A program made the translations under genes and the position numbers. The notes under the pieces are model-generated. The model was not told the origin of the DNA. It did no database searches and was given only the letters and a program-made list of their open reading frames with translations. Below, piece after piece: positions 27,229-64,000 of a DNA stretch of 64,000 bases (its first letter is position 1; every line of letters starts with the position of its first letter). Origin of the DNA: Amoebidium appalachense (taxonomy: Eukaryota > Protista > Ichthyosporea); assembly GCA_963693365.1 (NCBI GenBank), contig CAVNZM010000008.1:9428818-9492817 (forward strand), in the 5' to 3' direction.

Positions 27229-28046
27229 AGTCTCGACTTCAGTTGTGTCAGGGGGTAGGTGACTTTTGGTGGCAAAACGCTATTGAGAGGAAAAGGGCAG
27301 AGGGTTGGGGTAGCGCGTGTGTGGGTGTGTCGGGCAGGGGTGGGGGTGGGGCGTGCGTGTGGAAAGGGGGCGGAGGGGGGAAGAGAGGGGGGGGGGAAGG
27401 GGGGAGACATAGAGAAAACATCGAGGTGATGTAGGATATAACCACAGCACTTTAAGAGCAGGTAATTTATAAATAATGCTAATTGCAGTTATCAGTAGCC
27501 TTTAGTTAGTGTTGTTGGAGAAAATGGGCAGCCGCATGTAGGGAAGCAAGCGAAGGTGGGTTCCATTGTTTCCATTTATTTATGACTTAAAGGTATAACC
27601 ACCGTGAATTCCGCCCTAGGAAACCGGAACTAATAGCTAAATTAATTTAGCAGATAATCTGAACGGACTACTACAGTAACACAAACACATAATTGCTGTC
27701 GTTTGCAGTAAAAACAACAGTTTTCATTATCAGCCGCCTCCGTGCACCTGAACAGTGCTTTGTCGGACAGCAAGCCCCTATAGTATTCTGCACCGTACAT
27801 CTGGTTAACGCAAGTTATGTGTGTATACTAGCTGTTCGTGTTTATAAGAACTGCAAACAGTGTGCACTTGTATGTGTTGGATTCACATAGGAAGTCCCCT
27901 CGTGAGTGTGGGCCAGTGTTTGGGCCCCCACTGGTTTACGTGTGAAAGAAAGACCCGGTTTCCACAAACATTAATCAGGTGCGACTTGAGGCTTGGCCAT
28001 CTACATTAATGATGTATGAAATTGCAACTGTATAATGCATGCACAA

Positions 28047-28092
28047 CAAGGCCTCCTAAATAGCACACCGGTGTGCTATTTAGGAGGCCTTG
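28047..28092. repeat. Perfect 46-bp palindrome with no loop
   Basis: CAAGGCCTCCTAAATAGCACACC|GGTGTGCTATTTAGGAGGCCTTG. Confidence 0.95.
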
Positions 28093-29569
28093 ATGCACAA
28101 TCCCCATAGCTTCCCCTGCAGGGCTCGCAGCAGTCAACTTTCGAAGGCTCTTTTTTGTTGTTGTTGTCATTCAAAAAGTTCGCCAGGCCGTTACGCCGGT
28201 TACGGACGTTGGCCAATGGGCCGTTTTCTGTTCTCGCTTCCGATTGGTTCAAATAGCACCAGTTGATAACCAATCAAAACGATGAACATAGGGATTAGAT
28301 CTGATATACTATTGGTTAAAATCGCACCGCTTTAATCCCCCCAACTTCTCTGTAGGTGGGGCGAAACAAATAATCATGAAGTTTCGAATACTCCAAAAAT
28401 CATCATATCATCATTATCAAATTATGGCCTTGTGGGGAGCCACGCGAAATCAGAATTTGGCTGCACTTATAGACTTTAATTTAACTTCATTGTTTGTCGA
28501 ATTAACTACAAACTTAGGTAGTTGATAAGAATATTGTAATTATTCAATAATAATATAATATTGTGTCAAAACACCGAACTTGGTTACCGCCCCACGAGGG
28601 GAGTGTTGAGAGATCACCGTTTGAATCCGTTTCAGATAGTGCACACGCCGGCCGGCACCTTGAAGTTGGCAACAAAGTTTCCAAAGCCCGGGCCGCAAGT
28701 CACTCAGTGACTTTCACGTATACGTTTCTACCGTGCATGCAGTCATACCTCTAGGTAAATATTCTCAAGATATGGAACCTCTGAAGCAGAAAGTAGAGTG
28801 AAAGGATGACCACTGACAGGCGTGGCTGATGCTGAGATGATTACGGTGGGGATGTGAGTGGTACCGGTCACCATACTGAAAGCATACTGAATGTAATATG
28901 TAGTAATCCCAGCTGCAGAAAAGGCAGTAAATGGCATTGAGCTAGCACTGTTAGGCATAGGCTAAATCGAAGATCTCTAGAGCAACGTTGATCAAAGGTC
29001 ATCGTGCACGGATGACTGCGTGGTTGCAGCCACAATGCACCCTGATTGAGCTGTTCCGCCTCTGAATTTCATTTTAGAGGACGTAAGGAAACCAATTGTC
29101 GTTACAAAGGGAACATTCCAAAAGTTTCCTGGGAACGATGTACAAATAGATGCCTAGAGGTTCCTCGGTGCAGTAGCCAACTACAAGGTATGTCACAACG
29201 AGGCATCTCTGTTGAATCAAACCACTGTGTCGTGAATGGTGTTGGTCTCAACCCAAAACATCTGTACGTCAACAATCCCTCTAGATCCGGTTCTCATCGG
29301 GTAGCATGTGCTACTTTTGGGGATTTATTAATGAGAGGACACAAAATACTGAAGATGTACTATTTTTGTTTTTGCTTTATGTCTTCTTGGCACCAGCTAG
29401 AGTCCTTATGGGATTTCAGTCCGTCTCTTGTTGGATCTGCCCGTATAACCACAGTATACTCGCTATAAGGTTTCTTCAACACCTGACTCGCACCATCTAA
29501 AACCTAAACTCACGTGGTACTTATGCCCCCCTTTTTTCAACAGGGAGAAAAAAACTAAAATTCTTGAAA

Positions 29570-37633
<8,064 letters not shown>

Positions 37634-38523
37634 TGTTGGAGGAGGAGGAGGCGGCGGAATTACAAGATAGGATCGTGGGCCCGCAGATTGTGTCGATACA
37701 GGCACGGAGGTTAAAGGGGATGATCAAACATGCGCTAAGATGAAAATCCGGAAAATTGAAACAGAAAATACGGGGGTTTGGTGCACCTATAACAGTTCTT
37801 TCGCTAGTCTGCCGAACAACTCGACGAATGTGACCCTGCATCCCGCAATGATGGGTTGCTATATGTATGTGCCAAAAATAGGCAAACTGTTGGGATGGTG
37901 TACCGTGAATGATATGACTTCATTAATTGGCCCATGTTCCTCATTCATTGTTTTCTTCGCTGCCATGCTTGTTTCGCTCATTCCTATTTTATTCCAAAGA
38001 AATTTTGGAAGCGGGGAGAAGGGGAGGGGGGGGGGGGGAGGGAGGGAGGGGGGGGGGGGGGGGAGGAGGGGCAGTATATCCTAAAATGACAGCCGATACG
38101 TATGTATTTCGTGGTATGCGTTGCCAAACGGTTGTTGTTGATAGCCTTTTTGAAGGGGGGGGGGGGGGGGGGGGGGGGGGGGGATCCCTGAATGAACTTT
38201 TTTATGTATGTCATTAGTTTAACATGACGGCTTGCATCCGGGGGTACTCTATGAGTATGTATGGGGTCAATACGACCAAATGGCATAAACTGCCTTATAG
38301 AGGCAAGGGCTTTTTTATATTAAAGAGTATAGCAGACTGTGTCCAATGACCGTTATTCACGTGGTTTATGTACAATACTGATATTATGTATATGTATAAA
38401 ATAAACTGGAGTGCAGATCATCCGGCCCGGTGTGTCTGTGTGTGGCTGTGGCCGTGTGAAATATACACATACGTAAGTGCCACGATGTGTCTGAGTGCCA
38501 CCGTGACCGTGTGTGCGCGCACA

Positions 38524-38580
<57 letters not shown>

Positions 38581-39095
38581 TTGGGTGTGTGGGGGCAATG
38601 GGTGGATTGGGGGGGGGAGAGGCGGGGGGGGGGAGGGGGGGGGGGGCTCATGTGTGTGTGTGCTTGTGTATGACACTCAGTGTGTGTTATGGCATGCGTG
38701 GGTGCGGGTGTGTGGATGTGTGGGTGTGTGTGTATGTGGGGGCAGGGGGGGGGGGCCGGGTGGGGATGGGGGTGGGTGTCTGTCACAATCATTATGTGAC
38801 TGTGGGTTCTCCTAACAAGCCATTCCTGATCACATTCTTATATTAGCATGTTACTAATTGAAGGTATGTCAATGTTAGTTTTCACTGTATTAGATGTGAT
38901 CTCAGTTCTACATATTCTTTGAAAGCGTGTTAATACCGGGGCAATGTTTGTATTAGCAGTATATTTAAAGGGTTCTGCAGGAAATCAAAGCAGCTAGCTT
39001 AGTAAATAACGAAAAATTACAGTTTTTCATAAAGTTAAAATGAAGAAACTCATATAATTATTAGATCGCAGTGTTTTTACGGTTACAGCAACGTA

Positions 39096-39131
<36 letters not shown>

Positions 39132-39260
39132 ACAAAAAAACAAAAAACAAAAACAAAAAAAAACTACCATCACAACACGGAAGACTAGGAAAGGCGGGAG
39201 GGCGGGAGGGAGGGCGGGCGGGCGGGCGGGCGAGCGGGCGGAGGGAGCAGAGGAGGAGGA

Positions 39261-39328
<68 letters not shown>

Positions 39329-39555
39329 GGGGGGGAGGGGGGGGGGGGGGAGGGATTTTAAAGTCTTAAAAAGCAAGAGAGTGTGCCCAGAACGCACCAC
39401 ACATGATAGACAAGCGCAACAATTAGCAATTTAAGAAATATAATTATGTAACCACGAGGGAAAAAACTTCACAAAAATTACATTTCGTGGCTGGGAGGGA
39501 AGGTGCGCACATCAATTGATTCGAAGGGTGACAGTTACAAAAAAGAAAAAAAAGT

Positions 39556-39627
39556 TGCCCGGACAGAGATTCGAACTCCGGTTACTACGGCCACAACGTA
39601 GGGTCCTAACCACTAGACGATCCGAGC
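39556..39627 (-). tRNA. tRNA-His (GTG)
   Basis: The minus strand GCTCGGATCGTCTAGTGGTTAGGACCCTACGTTGTGGCCGTAGTAACCGGAGTTCGAATCTCTGTCCGGGCA folds into a cloverleaf with anticodon GTG and TTCGA T-loop. A T-run Pol III terminator follows directly. G-1 is not encoded. Confidence 0.95.
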
Positions 39628-40010
39628 TCATGTTCACCGTCGATCCATCTTACGGGATATATCCCTTTTTCGATTAGTAGAGAAAGCATGCACGTGCACA
39701 TGTACCACAAAAAGTGGGCACTGGGTGGTACGTATCTGACCAATCAGACAAGTAAAAGGGTGCATTCTCAGCTAATCAAAACAACTCCGTGTGATCCTGT
39801 CTATATTTAGCAACACACAAGTACTTAAGAATCTAAAAATAACCCACGGATTTATCTTGGCCCACTGTCACGTGTAAATTTGGCGCGCTTTTGATGTGAC
39901 TCGATCGAGGAAAGACAAAGTGTGCATGTGCGTACACACACACACACACACTCACACACTCACAACAGTTGAGGGCATTAGGGTAAAGGCGGTGTCAAGA
40001 AAACGCAAGC

Positions 40011-56115
<16,105 letters not shown>

Positions 56116-57859
56116 TAGTATGCCGTAAATACACGTGCTTGCGACTGTACAACCCCACACATCTTCTTTTCATAGCCTACACTTGTCAGTGTGCAGACTC
56201 CCCAGCGGATAAGCTTCACCTTTGCAGAATCAAGTGGCTTGCTGTTGTGTAGGGCTATGGTAACCTGGTGTGTGTCTGTGTGGGTGGGGTGGGTGACAGG
56301 GGTGTGGTGTTGTTGATGTTGTTGTTATCGTAATATAATAGAGGAAAAGGGGGGGGGGAGGATGGGGGGAATAGACAGTTTGGCAGTCCAAGGTCAGCTT
56401 GATCGGTTTATGATCGGACGTATGTATTGTAGTCTTTTTCATATGGCTGTTAATCAGAGTTTCTTCGTTTTTGATGCAAGTATAAGTGCATATGTTATAA
56501 ATGCAGCCGTTAACGTTTGCTTACTACTGGTAGTGATATTCTGTGGAAATGATGCCTGGCTGGGCCGGGTAGAGCTGCCATGTTGCAAGTTTTTACTTGC
56601 GGGGTTCATGAAGAAACAACTCTCAGACTGGACGTTGGATGCACGTGTACACTTGCAATTTGCCTCACGTTTGTTGAAAGTTTGGGTTCAAAAATTATGC
56701 ATTATTATGCAAATTTCTTGTCATTAGTAGACAAGGAAGTGTGCGAGTGGCACGTGCTCGCGCCTATGCTATTGGCGGGACATGTACAGTGGGGCGTGGA
56801 TGTGTAGATTAGGGGTGCCAGTGGGCAGGTTGGTTGGCGACAATCAATGGCTCACACCAGAGTGATCAGACTGAGCGTGACAGTGCATGTACGTGTGTCT
56901 GTGTGTGTGTGTGTGTGTGTGCATGTGTGCGTGTGTGCTTGTGTGCTTGTGCGCATGTGCGCGCGCACCGTGGGCACATAATAGCCGGGTGTGCTATTCA
57001 GTAGGTTCTGGTACCAGTACGAGTGTGTGCAACAGTGACATGTGCATCATAGTCACCCCCCGGCCCATGGACGGCCGGTTGCCACATGTGACCATGGCAA
57101 ATGTACACACCCAAAGTAATTGGCGCAAGGGAGTGCACGTGGGTGGCCATGCATACAGTAGGTATTGTTACCCTCGGTCTGCACATGTGTGTCACAGGTG
57201 GTGTGTGCAGCCTGCATGAATAATGAAGAATGTATGCGCAATATATTTTAACCATAAAATGCAGCTGAGCTGGTCAAACTATTTGGGAAGAATGTTTCTG
57301 TGCATGCAGGTGCATGCGACGATGCATGCCATGGCCAGGTACCACGAACTTTAAGGGCTCGAAACGACACTATCGATCTGACGTTGCTTGATCGCTTGAC
57401 AAAATACTAGTTATATCCATGGTAGCTGGGGGGAGCAAAGAAGAAGAAGAGGAATAAGAATAAGAATATAGGAACTGACCTATTATATTTATTCCGAGCA
57501 TACATGAATTTACTGTGAAATACCGCTGCGGTCATTGCCAACTCAGTGCTACCCGTGTATCAGAACTTGCTGCTGAAGTTGGATCTATTTGCGAGCCCTG
57601 GCTGCCAGCCCATGTTCGTGTCACTGGGCATGATGTGAGCAGCCATGATATATGAGATGAAAATAGTCACTAAATACTGTTGCAATTAGTAGAATTTGTA
57701 GTTTACATAAATTTATTGAAATTCATATCGTTATTTGCCAACTCCTGCTTCTCAAAAGCTCATTACATATGGGCATTCGGGAACGACCCACAAAAAGCCA
57801 CAAAAAGAACCAAGACTCAAAGAGTTTTGAGAACACTAAATAAGGTAATCTTGCCGCGG

Positions 57860-58030
57860 TCTGATTGGATACATTGAATTCGGGCATGGCAGCACCAATC
57901 AAATCAGCAGAAGGCAAACCAATCGAAACGCCTTTTGTGTTCCCGCCATGGCAGCTAACCAATCAAACCTGTCCCACCACTCAAAGCTCGCGAAAGACCC
58001 AGCCGTGCCTACTTCCGCGTATAAAAAGCG
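57860..58030 (+). promoter_or_regulatory. Putative Pol II promoter: clustered CCAAT boxes plus a TATA box
   Basis: GATTGG at ~57863, CCAATC at ~57895, ~57919 and ~57959, and TATAAAAAG at 58020, about 115 nt upstream of the ATG at 58136. Confidence 0.5.
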
Positions 58031-58135
58031 CACACACGCACTCACCTGTCTCAGTCGTACAAGCAGTACCACACTAAGAAATAACCCGTAAGTTGTAAAT
58101 AAGTAAGTAGGTTATTTGCCTTTACACATAACAGA

Positions 58136-59644
58136 ATGTTGGTAGCGAGTGTTGTTCTCGGTCTTGCGGCCGCCACTTCAGCCTCCACAACACGCCGTTT
58201 CATCCTCAACGCATACCAACCAAACACAACATGCACCGGCGCTCTCTCTGCAAATGCCAAGCGGCTGGTGACTGATTACTATGAGGTTGTCGACGGCAAC
58301 TCGTGCTACAACACATACAAGATGGGCACGTGCACGGAGACTTTCAAGGCAGACCCTAACATTAAAATGTGCAACCTTATCCTCGCCGGAGGTTCACGCA
58401 GCCACATTATTGAAAAGGATACAACGGGTGCTGAGCGTCTGCGTGTTTCCACTTTCAGCTCAGTCAACTGCACGGGTTTCCCTGCCCTCTCCGTCGTTTT
58501 CCCTCTCAACAATGCGTGCTATAATGCGGTAAGTAACTTGTTGAGTGTGGATATTATATGGTGTTCACTGTGTGCACATAGGTGAAACAAAGAAAATACC
58601 TTTTTCCAAACAAACTCAGTTGAAGCCGTTTGCAAAATGGTGGGGATTAGGGTATCAGAATTTCCAAGCAGGCACAAGCATATGTTGCCAATCACTTCTC
58701 TAAATAACTACACAGCTCAAGTGCGTGCTTGACCATGCACGGCACGATCCTTTCCCATGTCACGCAAGTACCACATTTTTGCATTTGCTGCCTTTGAATA
58801 CTAAAAGCACCATGTGTATTCACAGACAAAGGGCAGCAACGCGATGGTTGCCCTGAAGGAGCTTGGGCCTGCCGGGGTTACACCAGCCAAGGACGGCCTC
58901 CTCGTCAACACCATTGGTCAGGGTGCATGCCCGGCTACCGGTGCCGTCACATCAAAGGCACCCGTCGGTCTCTGCGTGGTGAGTTTATCTCAATGATGTG
59001 TGAAAAGAAATGTTCGTTTTCTTGTGATGTGTGTGAAGGTGAAAACCTGCTGTGTGTGTGGGCAACCAACGTAGGATGAAAACAAGCAATGTCGTTTATT
59101 AATAGGTCACAGGACTTGTACTCACATGCTGCTTATGGCCAATCATTGACAGACGTAATTACTTCAAAACAAATCTGATGCTGACCATCCAAACACCATC
59201 ACTAACTCGTCTTTCTCCCTCCCTCAGCCATTTGTTGAGTCACAGCTCTCCATCCCCAACCTCTACCCCAACAACGCCGCCGCAGCCTCCGGCTCAGCGG
59301 CCAAGACATACGTCATTGAGAGCTTTGACGGTAGCGCCGGTGTGATTGTGCAACACTATGTTGACAAGGATTGCACCATTCCCTATTTCGACAACGCTGC
59401 GTCATCTGCCGACATCACCGCCCAGACTTTCGCATACTACTTCCCCTACAACACGTGCATGGAGTTTAAGACGACCTCTAATGGTCAGAGCTATACGTGG
59501 AATCAGAAGTTTGCCCATGAGGATGGTACGTGGACCGGCAGTGTCGGCGGCAGCAAGTCCTCTGGTGCCCACCGCAATATCGCACCCACTACCGGCACCA
59601 TGGTGACGGTACTGATTGCATTCGTTGCTTCCATGATGCTCTAG
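58136..59644 (+). CDS. Secreted Cys-containing protein, probably GPI-anchored, unknown family (3 exons, 320 aa)
   Basis: Exons 58136-58528, 58826-58978 and 59228-59644 are in phase 0 with GTAAGT/GTGAGT donors. N-terminal signal MLVASVVLGLAAATSA; Ser/Gly spacer and hydrophobic C-terminus GTMVTVLIAFVASMML. Confidence 0.8.
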
Positions 59645-60244
59645 AAGGATCTGGGCTATTTTTGGTCTCGTGTGCCTAAATATGGGCACTATGTATGCAC
59701 TGTGTTGTAACTGCCAGTTTCGACTTGCATATGTTTGTCTATGATTAATGCTTCGAAATATTTTTGACTTTTTTTTGGTGTTAGCCATGGCCACGTGACG
59801 CTCTGTATTGAGGCACACGTTGCATGATTTGGCGCGATTTGCAGCAGGAAAACCTACCTGTACTGTGTATTTACCGTTTGTAGATAACCTAAAAATCCGC
59901 GTTTTTTGCGTAGGGTTAAAGGGATACTATAGGCGCCACATACACACACACCACCCACCCACACATGTGTGTTGCATGCAGTGAGCATGACATGAAGTCA
60001 CGTGTATTGCTATTTATATCTACCAATCCGATTGATTCTCTAGGCCTGCGGTCCCCTCTAGAGCCAGGTGTGACGTCACCGTATGCTCTATGGCACCTGT
60101 GGCCAGCCTGAATGTGATAAATAAACTACGAATAGAATGATGTCTTTAAATTGTACAAAAATTGGAACATGTCACCTGCTAACCTCTCGTCATAACTCAT
60201 CCACAAGATAATCCCTGCTTCTTCCCCCCCCTCCCCCCCCCCCC

Positions 60245-60275
<31 letters not shown>

Positions 60276-60813
60276 ACCACCCACCCACTCACTCACCCAC
60301 GTGCAAACGCCCACCCAAACTCCCACCCACTTCCTTCTCAAAATATCTTTAACATTAGTATTCAGTACTTATATCTCCCTCCCCTCTTCCATTCCCCCTT
60401 TTTTCAGGTGCACACAATATCTTCCTTCCCCCATCCCCCTCCTCTCTCCCCCTCCCCTCCCCTCCCCTCCCCCCCCCCCCCCCCCCCCCCTCCCCCACCA
60501 CCACCACCAACACCACCCCCCTACCCCCGCCAAAACCACTCGTTACATACACACCCAGCCTGTGGAGCACACAACCCCCCCCGGTCTCCCCCCCCCTTTC
60601 CCCCCGCGCCAAAAAATCACTCATTACTTACACACACAAAACCCCACAAACACAAACTATACCCCCTCCCCCCCCCCCCCCCCCCTCCTCCCCCCCCCCT
60701 CTTCCCCCCTCCCCCCCCCCCCCCCCCCTCATCGGCCCCCTCGCCCCGCTCACCCCCGCCAAAAAACCACTCATTACATACACACCCGCCTGTGGAGCAC
60801 ACAAACAAAAACA

Positions 60814-60875
<62 letters not shown>

Positions 60876-60922
60876 ACCTCCACATCGGAGCTCCACGTGT
60901 TTCCCAACGCCTGTTACAGTAC

Positions 60923-61108
60923 CCCATCTTCATTTGACAGCAACCTTCGGTCAGTGCGTGACTGTGCATGAATATGTGCAACGTCACAGCTGACATTGAC
61001 GTGATCAACACAAGACTTGCCCATCTTCATTTGACAGCAACCTTCGGTCAGTGCGTGACTGTGCATGAACATGCGCAACGTCACAGCTGACATTGACGTG
61101 ATCAACAC
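60923..61108. repeat. Tandem duplication with an ~97 bp period
   Basis: CCCATCTTCATTTGACAGCAACCTTCGGTCAG...GACGTGATCAACAC occurs twice. Confidence 0.9.
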
Positions 61109-62259
61109 ACGCACACGCATGGCCGTGCGCCTGAACTTGTAGGTCAAAGAAATTCACCTAATGGATCCACAGACTCGTGTATACAGGCCACACACACTAG
61201 TAGTTGTGCTTACACAAATATACACACATCTACACACACACACACACACGCAACACATACACCCAAGCATAGCCACACACACACTGGTGAGTGTGCTTAC
61301 ACAAACAGGCACACATCTACACACACACACACACACAATACGTAACACCCACACATAGCCACACACACAAGCGCATGCCCACATGCCCACACACACACAC
61401 CGCGCTCACACCAAAATAGAGAAAGAACGGGAAACATCAAAAGATGCATAGACGTTTATCCTATACACCACCATGCAACTACACAGAGGCCCAAACCAGT
61501 GGGTAAACCCTACCAGAGCACACATGTTATATATACGAAGTTCCACATCCATGTTCCCTTTTTTTAATTTGTTTTCCAGGGATCCATATTCTTCCGTAGA
61601 TACTCAAACCACCATCAGAAAGCACCCTCGACACACAGGAAAGAAAAGAAAGTTCTTCGCACAGCAAACATATCTATTTATCTATTGTGACACACAGGAA
61701 AGAAAAGAAAGTTCTTCGCACAGCAAACATATCTATAGTGCTCTTCTTTTCTGCTAACTCTAACTAATCTTTGGAATATGCATTGGTATGACACTAGGTG
61801 TAGACCGGGTAGCCTAAATTCCTAAATTCCATCTGTTTACGTATAAACCGTCTTGCCGTCGGGCTGCACCGCCATCTTCACAATCTAGTCTGCTTATTAA
61901 CTTTTTTCCTAAAAAATTAAAATAGAAAACAGGATAAGACGACCCACTCGTTAAGTAGAAGCAATTTAAATCCGAGCTTCGCATACATTACGGCAATCCC
62001 AGGTTTACCTAGCACAGAATGGCGTTGGCAACAGCGTCCCCTAATATTCCTTAAAGACAGAGCCTACGACATCCAAATGTTCCATCGGAACTATCGCCTT
62101 ATCCGGAACTAAACACTCTAGCTCTAACTTCACCTTCATGCATAGCTGGAGTTCTTTATATATTTTCTCGTAAAAATCTTTATGTATTTTCTCTAAAAGC
62201 AATTTGTGTGTAAGTTACCTATTTGTGCAGATGCGGCCGACACTCATTACAGCCCCCCC

Positions 62260-62310
<51 letters not shown>

Positions 62311-62357
62311 AGACATGGAGAGTGTGTTTGTCTGTGTATGTGCACGTGTGTGCCACG

Positions 62358-62416
<59 letters not shown>

Positions 62417-62515
62417 GTGTGTGTGTGTGTGTGCGCGCGCGCCTGTGTGCGCATGGTTGTCCTCACATCTGTAAAAGCATGCAAAGAAAGGGTGAGAGAA
62501 GTGGGGAAAAGAGGT

Positions 62516-62563
<48 letters not shown>

Positions 62564-63195
62564 GGAGTGGGTTCCAAAAAATGAAACCATCGAATTTAAC
62601 GGCGCTCAAATAAAGAGTTTGACGGTGGCGACATGGTGGCCAACGGCGCTAAATTAAATCATTCATCCGGCAAAAACACTTCATGACTATAAACTTTAAA
62701 GGATCTCCATTGGTCGGGTTCCTCCCCTGCAGTTCAGAAGAACGAATCAGTTGAGCTCATTTAAAATGCATCGATATTTGCTAGTCCTGGAAATGCAATT
62801 GAGACCAAAAGAGCGGGATATGTGGCACAGGCGCACACCCCACCAACACAGACACACATGCGTGCCCCTCAAACACGCACACACACAGAGAGAAGCACAC
62901 AGATACACACACAAACATACACAAACACCTCGTCAAATCCTCATACACTACCCCCTCCCCCCCCCCCCCCCCAACCCACTCTTTCGCCACCTTGCAAACA
63001 CACACATGAACATGTGCACATCAACTGAGCGGATGAGACACGCACTCACGTGCCGACACACCAAGTATGCAACCCTGCACATACACAGCAGTCAAAACGA
63101 GCACAGAAAAAACTCTTCTTCAAGGCGTATTCATGAACATGGGGTCATAGACATGCACAGGCACACAGGCACACTGCAGGCACACAGGCACACAG

Positions 63196-63317
<122 letters not shown>

Positions 63318-63484
63318 GCACGCACACACGCACGCACACACACACACACAGACCCCCCGCCCTGCACACAGCGCTTCACACTAACACATCATTTCCAATG
63401 AGCGCTTCAGACTAACACATCATTTCCAATGAAGTTGGTGTGTTGATGTTTTCAGGTGGAGATAGAGATAAGAGGGTTGCTTAC

Positions 63485-63620
63485 GGGAGTAGAGAAGCAG
63501 AGGAGATGTTGTAGGTGGATGACGGAGGCCGGCGTTCGAATCGGAGGGTGTCTCCGTGTGTGTGTCCGTGGAGGTGGGGTATGCTCGTCACACCCGTGTC
63601 TGCTAACTGCTGCCGGAGCC
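63485..63620 (-). CDS. Probable internal exon of an unidentified minus-strand gene extending beyond the window
   Basis: The minus strand has a (CA)nCAG acceptor, an open frame GLRQQLADTGVTSIPHLHGHTHGDTLRFERRPPSSTYNISSASLLP and a GTAAGC donor. Possible downstream exons near 61117-61157 and 60019-60106 could not be joined with confidence. Confidence 0.4.
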
Positions 63621-63626
63621 CTGTGT

Positions 63627-63678
<52 letters not shown>

Positions 63679-63726
63679 GGGGGGGGGGGGGGGGGGATGG
63701 TGTGAGTGAGTGAGTGAGTGAGTGAG

Positions 63727-63825
<99 letters not shown>

Positions 63826-64000
63826 TGTGTGTGTGTGTGTGTGTGTGCATGTGCGCGTGTGAGTGTGTGGATGTATGTGTGTACGCGCGGGAGCAAGCGC
63901 GCGTGTGCATGTACGTACGTGTGTACGTGTGTGCATGTGCACACGTGTGTGTGTGTATGTGGCTGGTGTGTGTGACTGTGTACGCAAATGTTCGTGTCCA

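Noticed and set aside
39556-39628. tRNA-His lacking an encoded G-1
   Set aside because: This is normal for eukaryotes, where Thg1 adds G-1.
57353-57600. Possible hAT MITE with AGGGCTCG / CGAGCCCT ends (similar motif at 28120)
   Set aside because: The inverted match is only about 8-9 bp and there is no 8-bp TSD.

Overview
Intron-dense eukaryotic DNA, full of poly-C/poly-G, (CA)n/(GT)n and (GA)n tracts; almost all of the supplied ORFs are translations of these tracts. Manual splicing (GT-AG, reading phase checked at every junction) recovers these genes: a minus-strand syntenin-like tandem-PDZ gene (2503-8484), a 15-exon TCD1/TCD2-type t6A dehydratase (9752-24425), an intronless GH15/phosphorylase-kinase-alpha/beta-like gene (25759-27228), a CRAL-TRIO/Sec14 gene (from 29570), tRNA-His(GTG), a 16-exon animal-type GMP synthase (40011-56115) and a 3-exon secreted, probably GPI-anchored protein (58136-59644). 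The gene mix suggests a unicellular opisthokont/holozoan (inference). The most interesting signal is a dispersed, non-coding repeat family with a fixed end (GCATTC[T/A]AA + poly-C) and variable truncation at the other end. Its copies mostly sit inside poly-C tracts, stack head-to-tail, carry a strand-specific RNA structure, and in every copy I found lie in an intron in sense with the host gene. Also present are several MITE-like elements, introns whose acceptors follow (CA)n or (GT)n with no U-rich tract, and a minisatellite that duplicates a splice acceptor.
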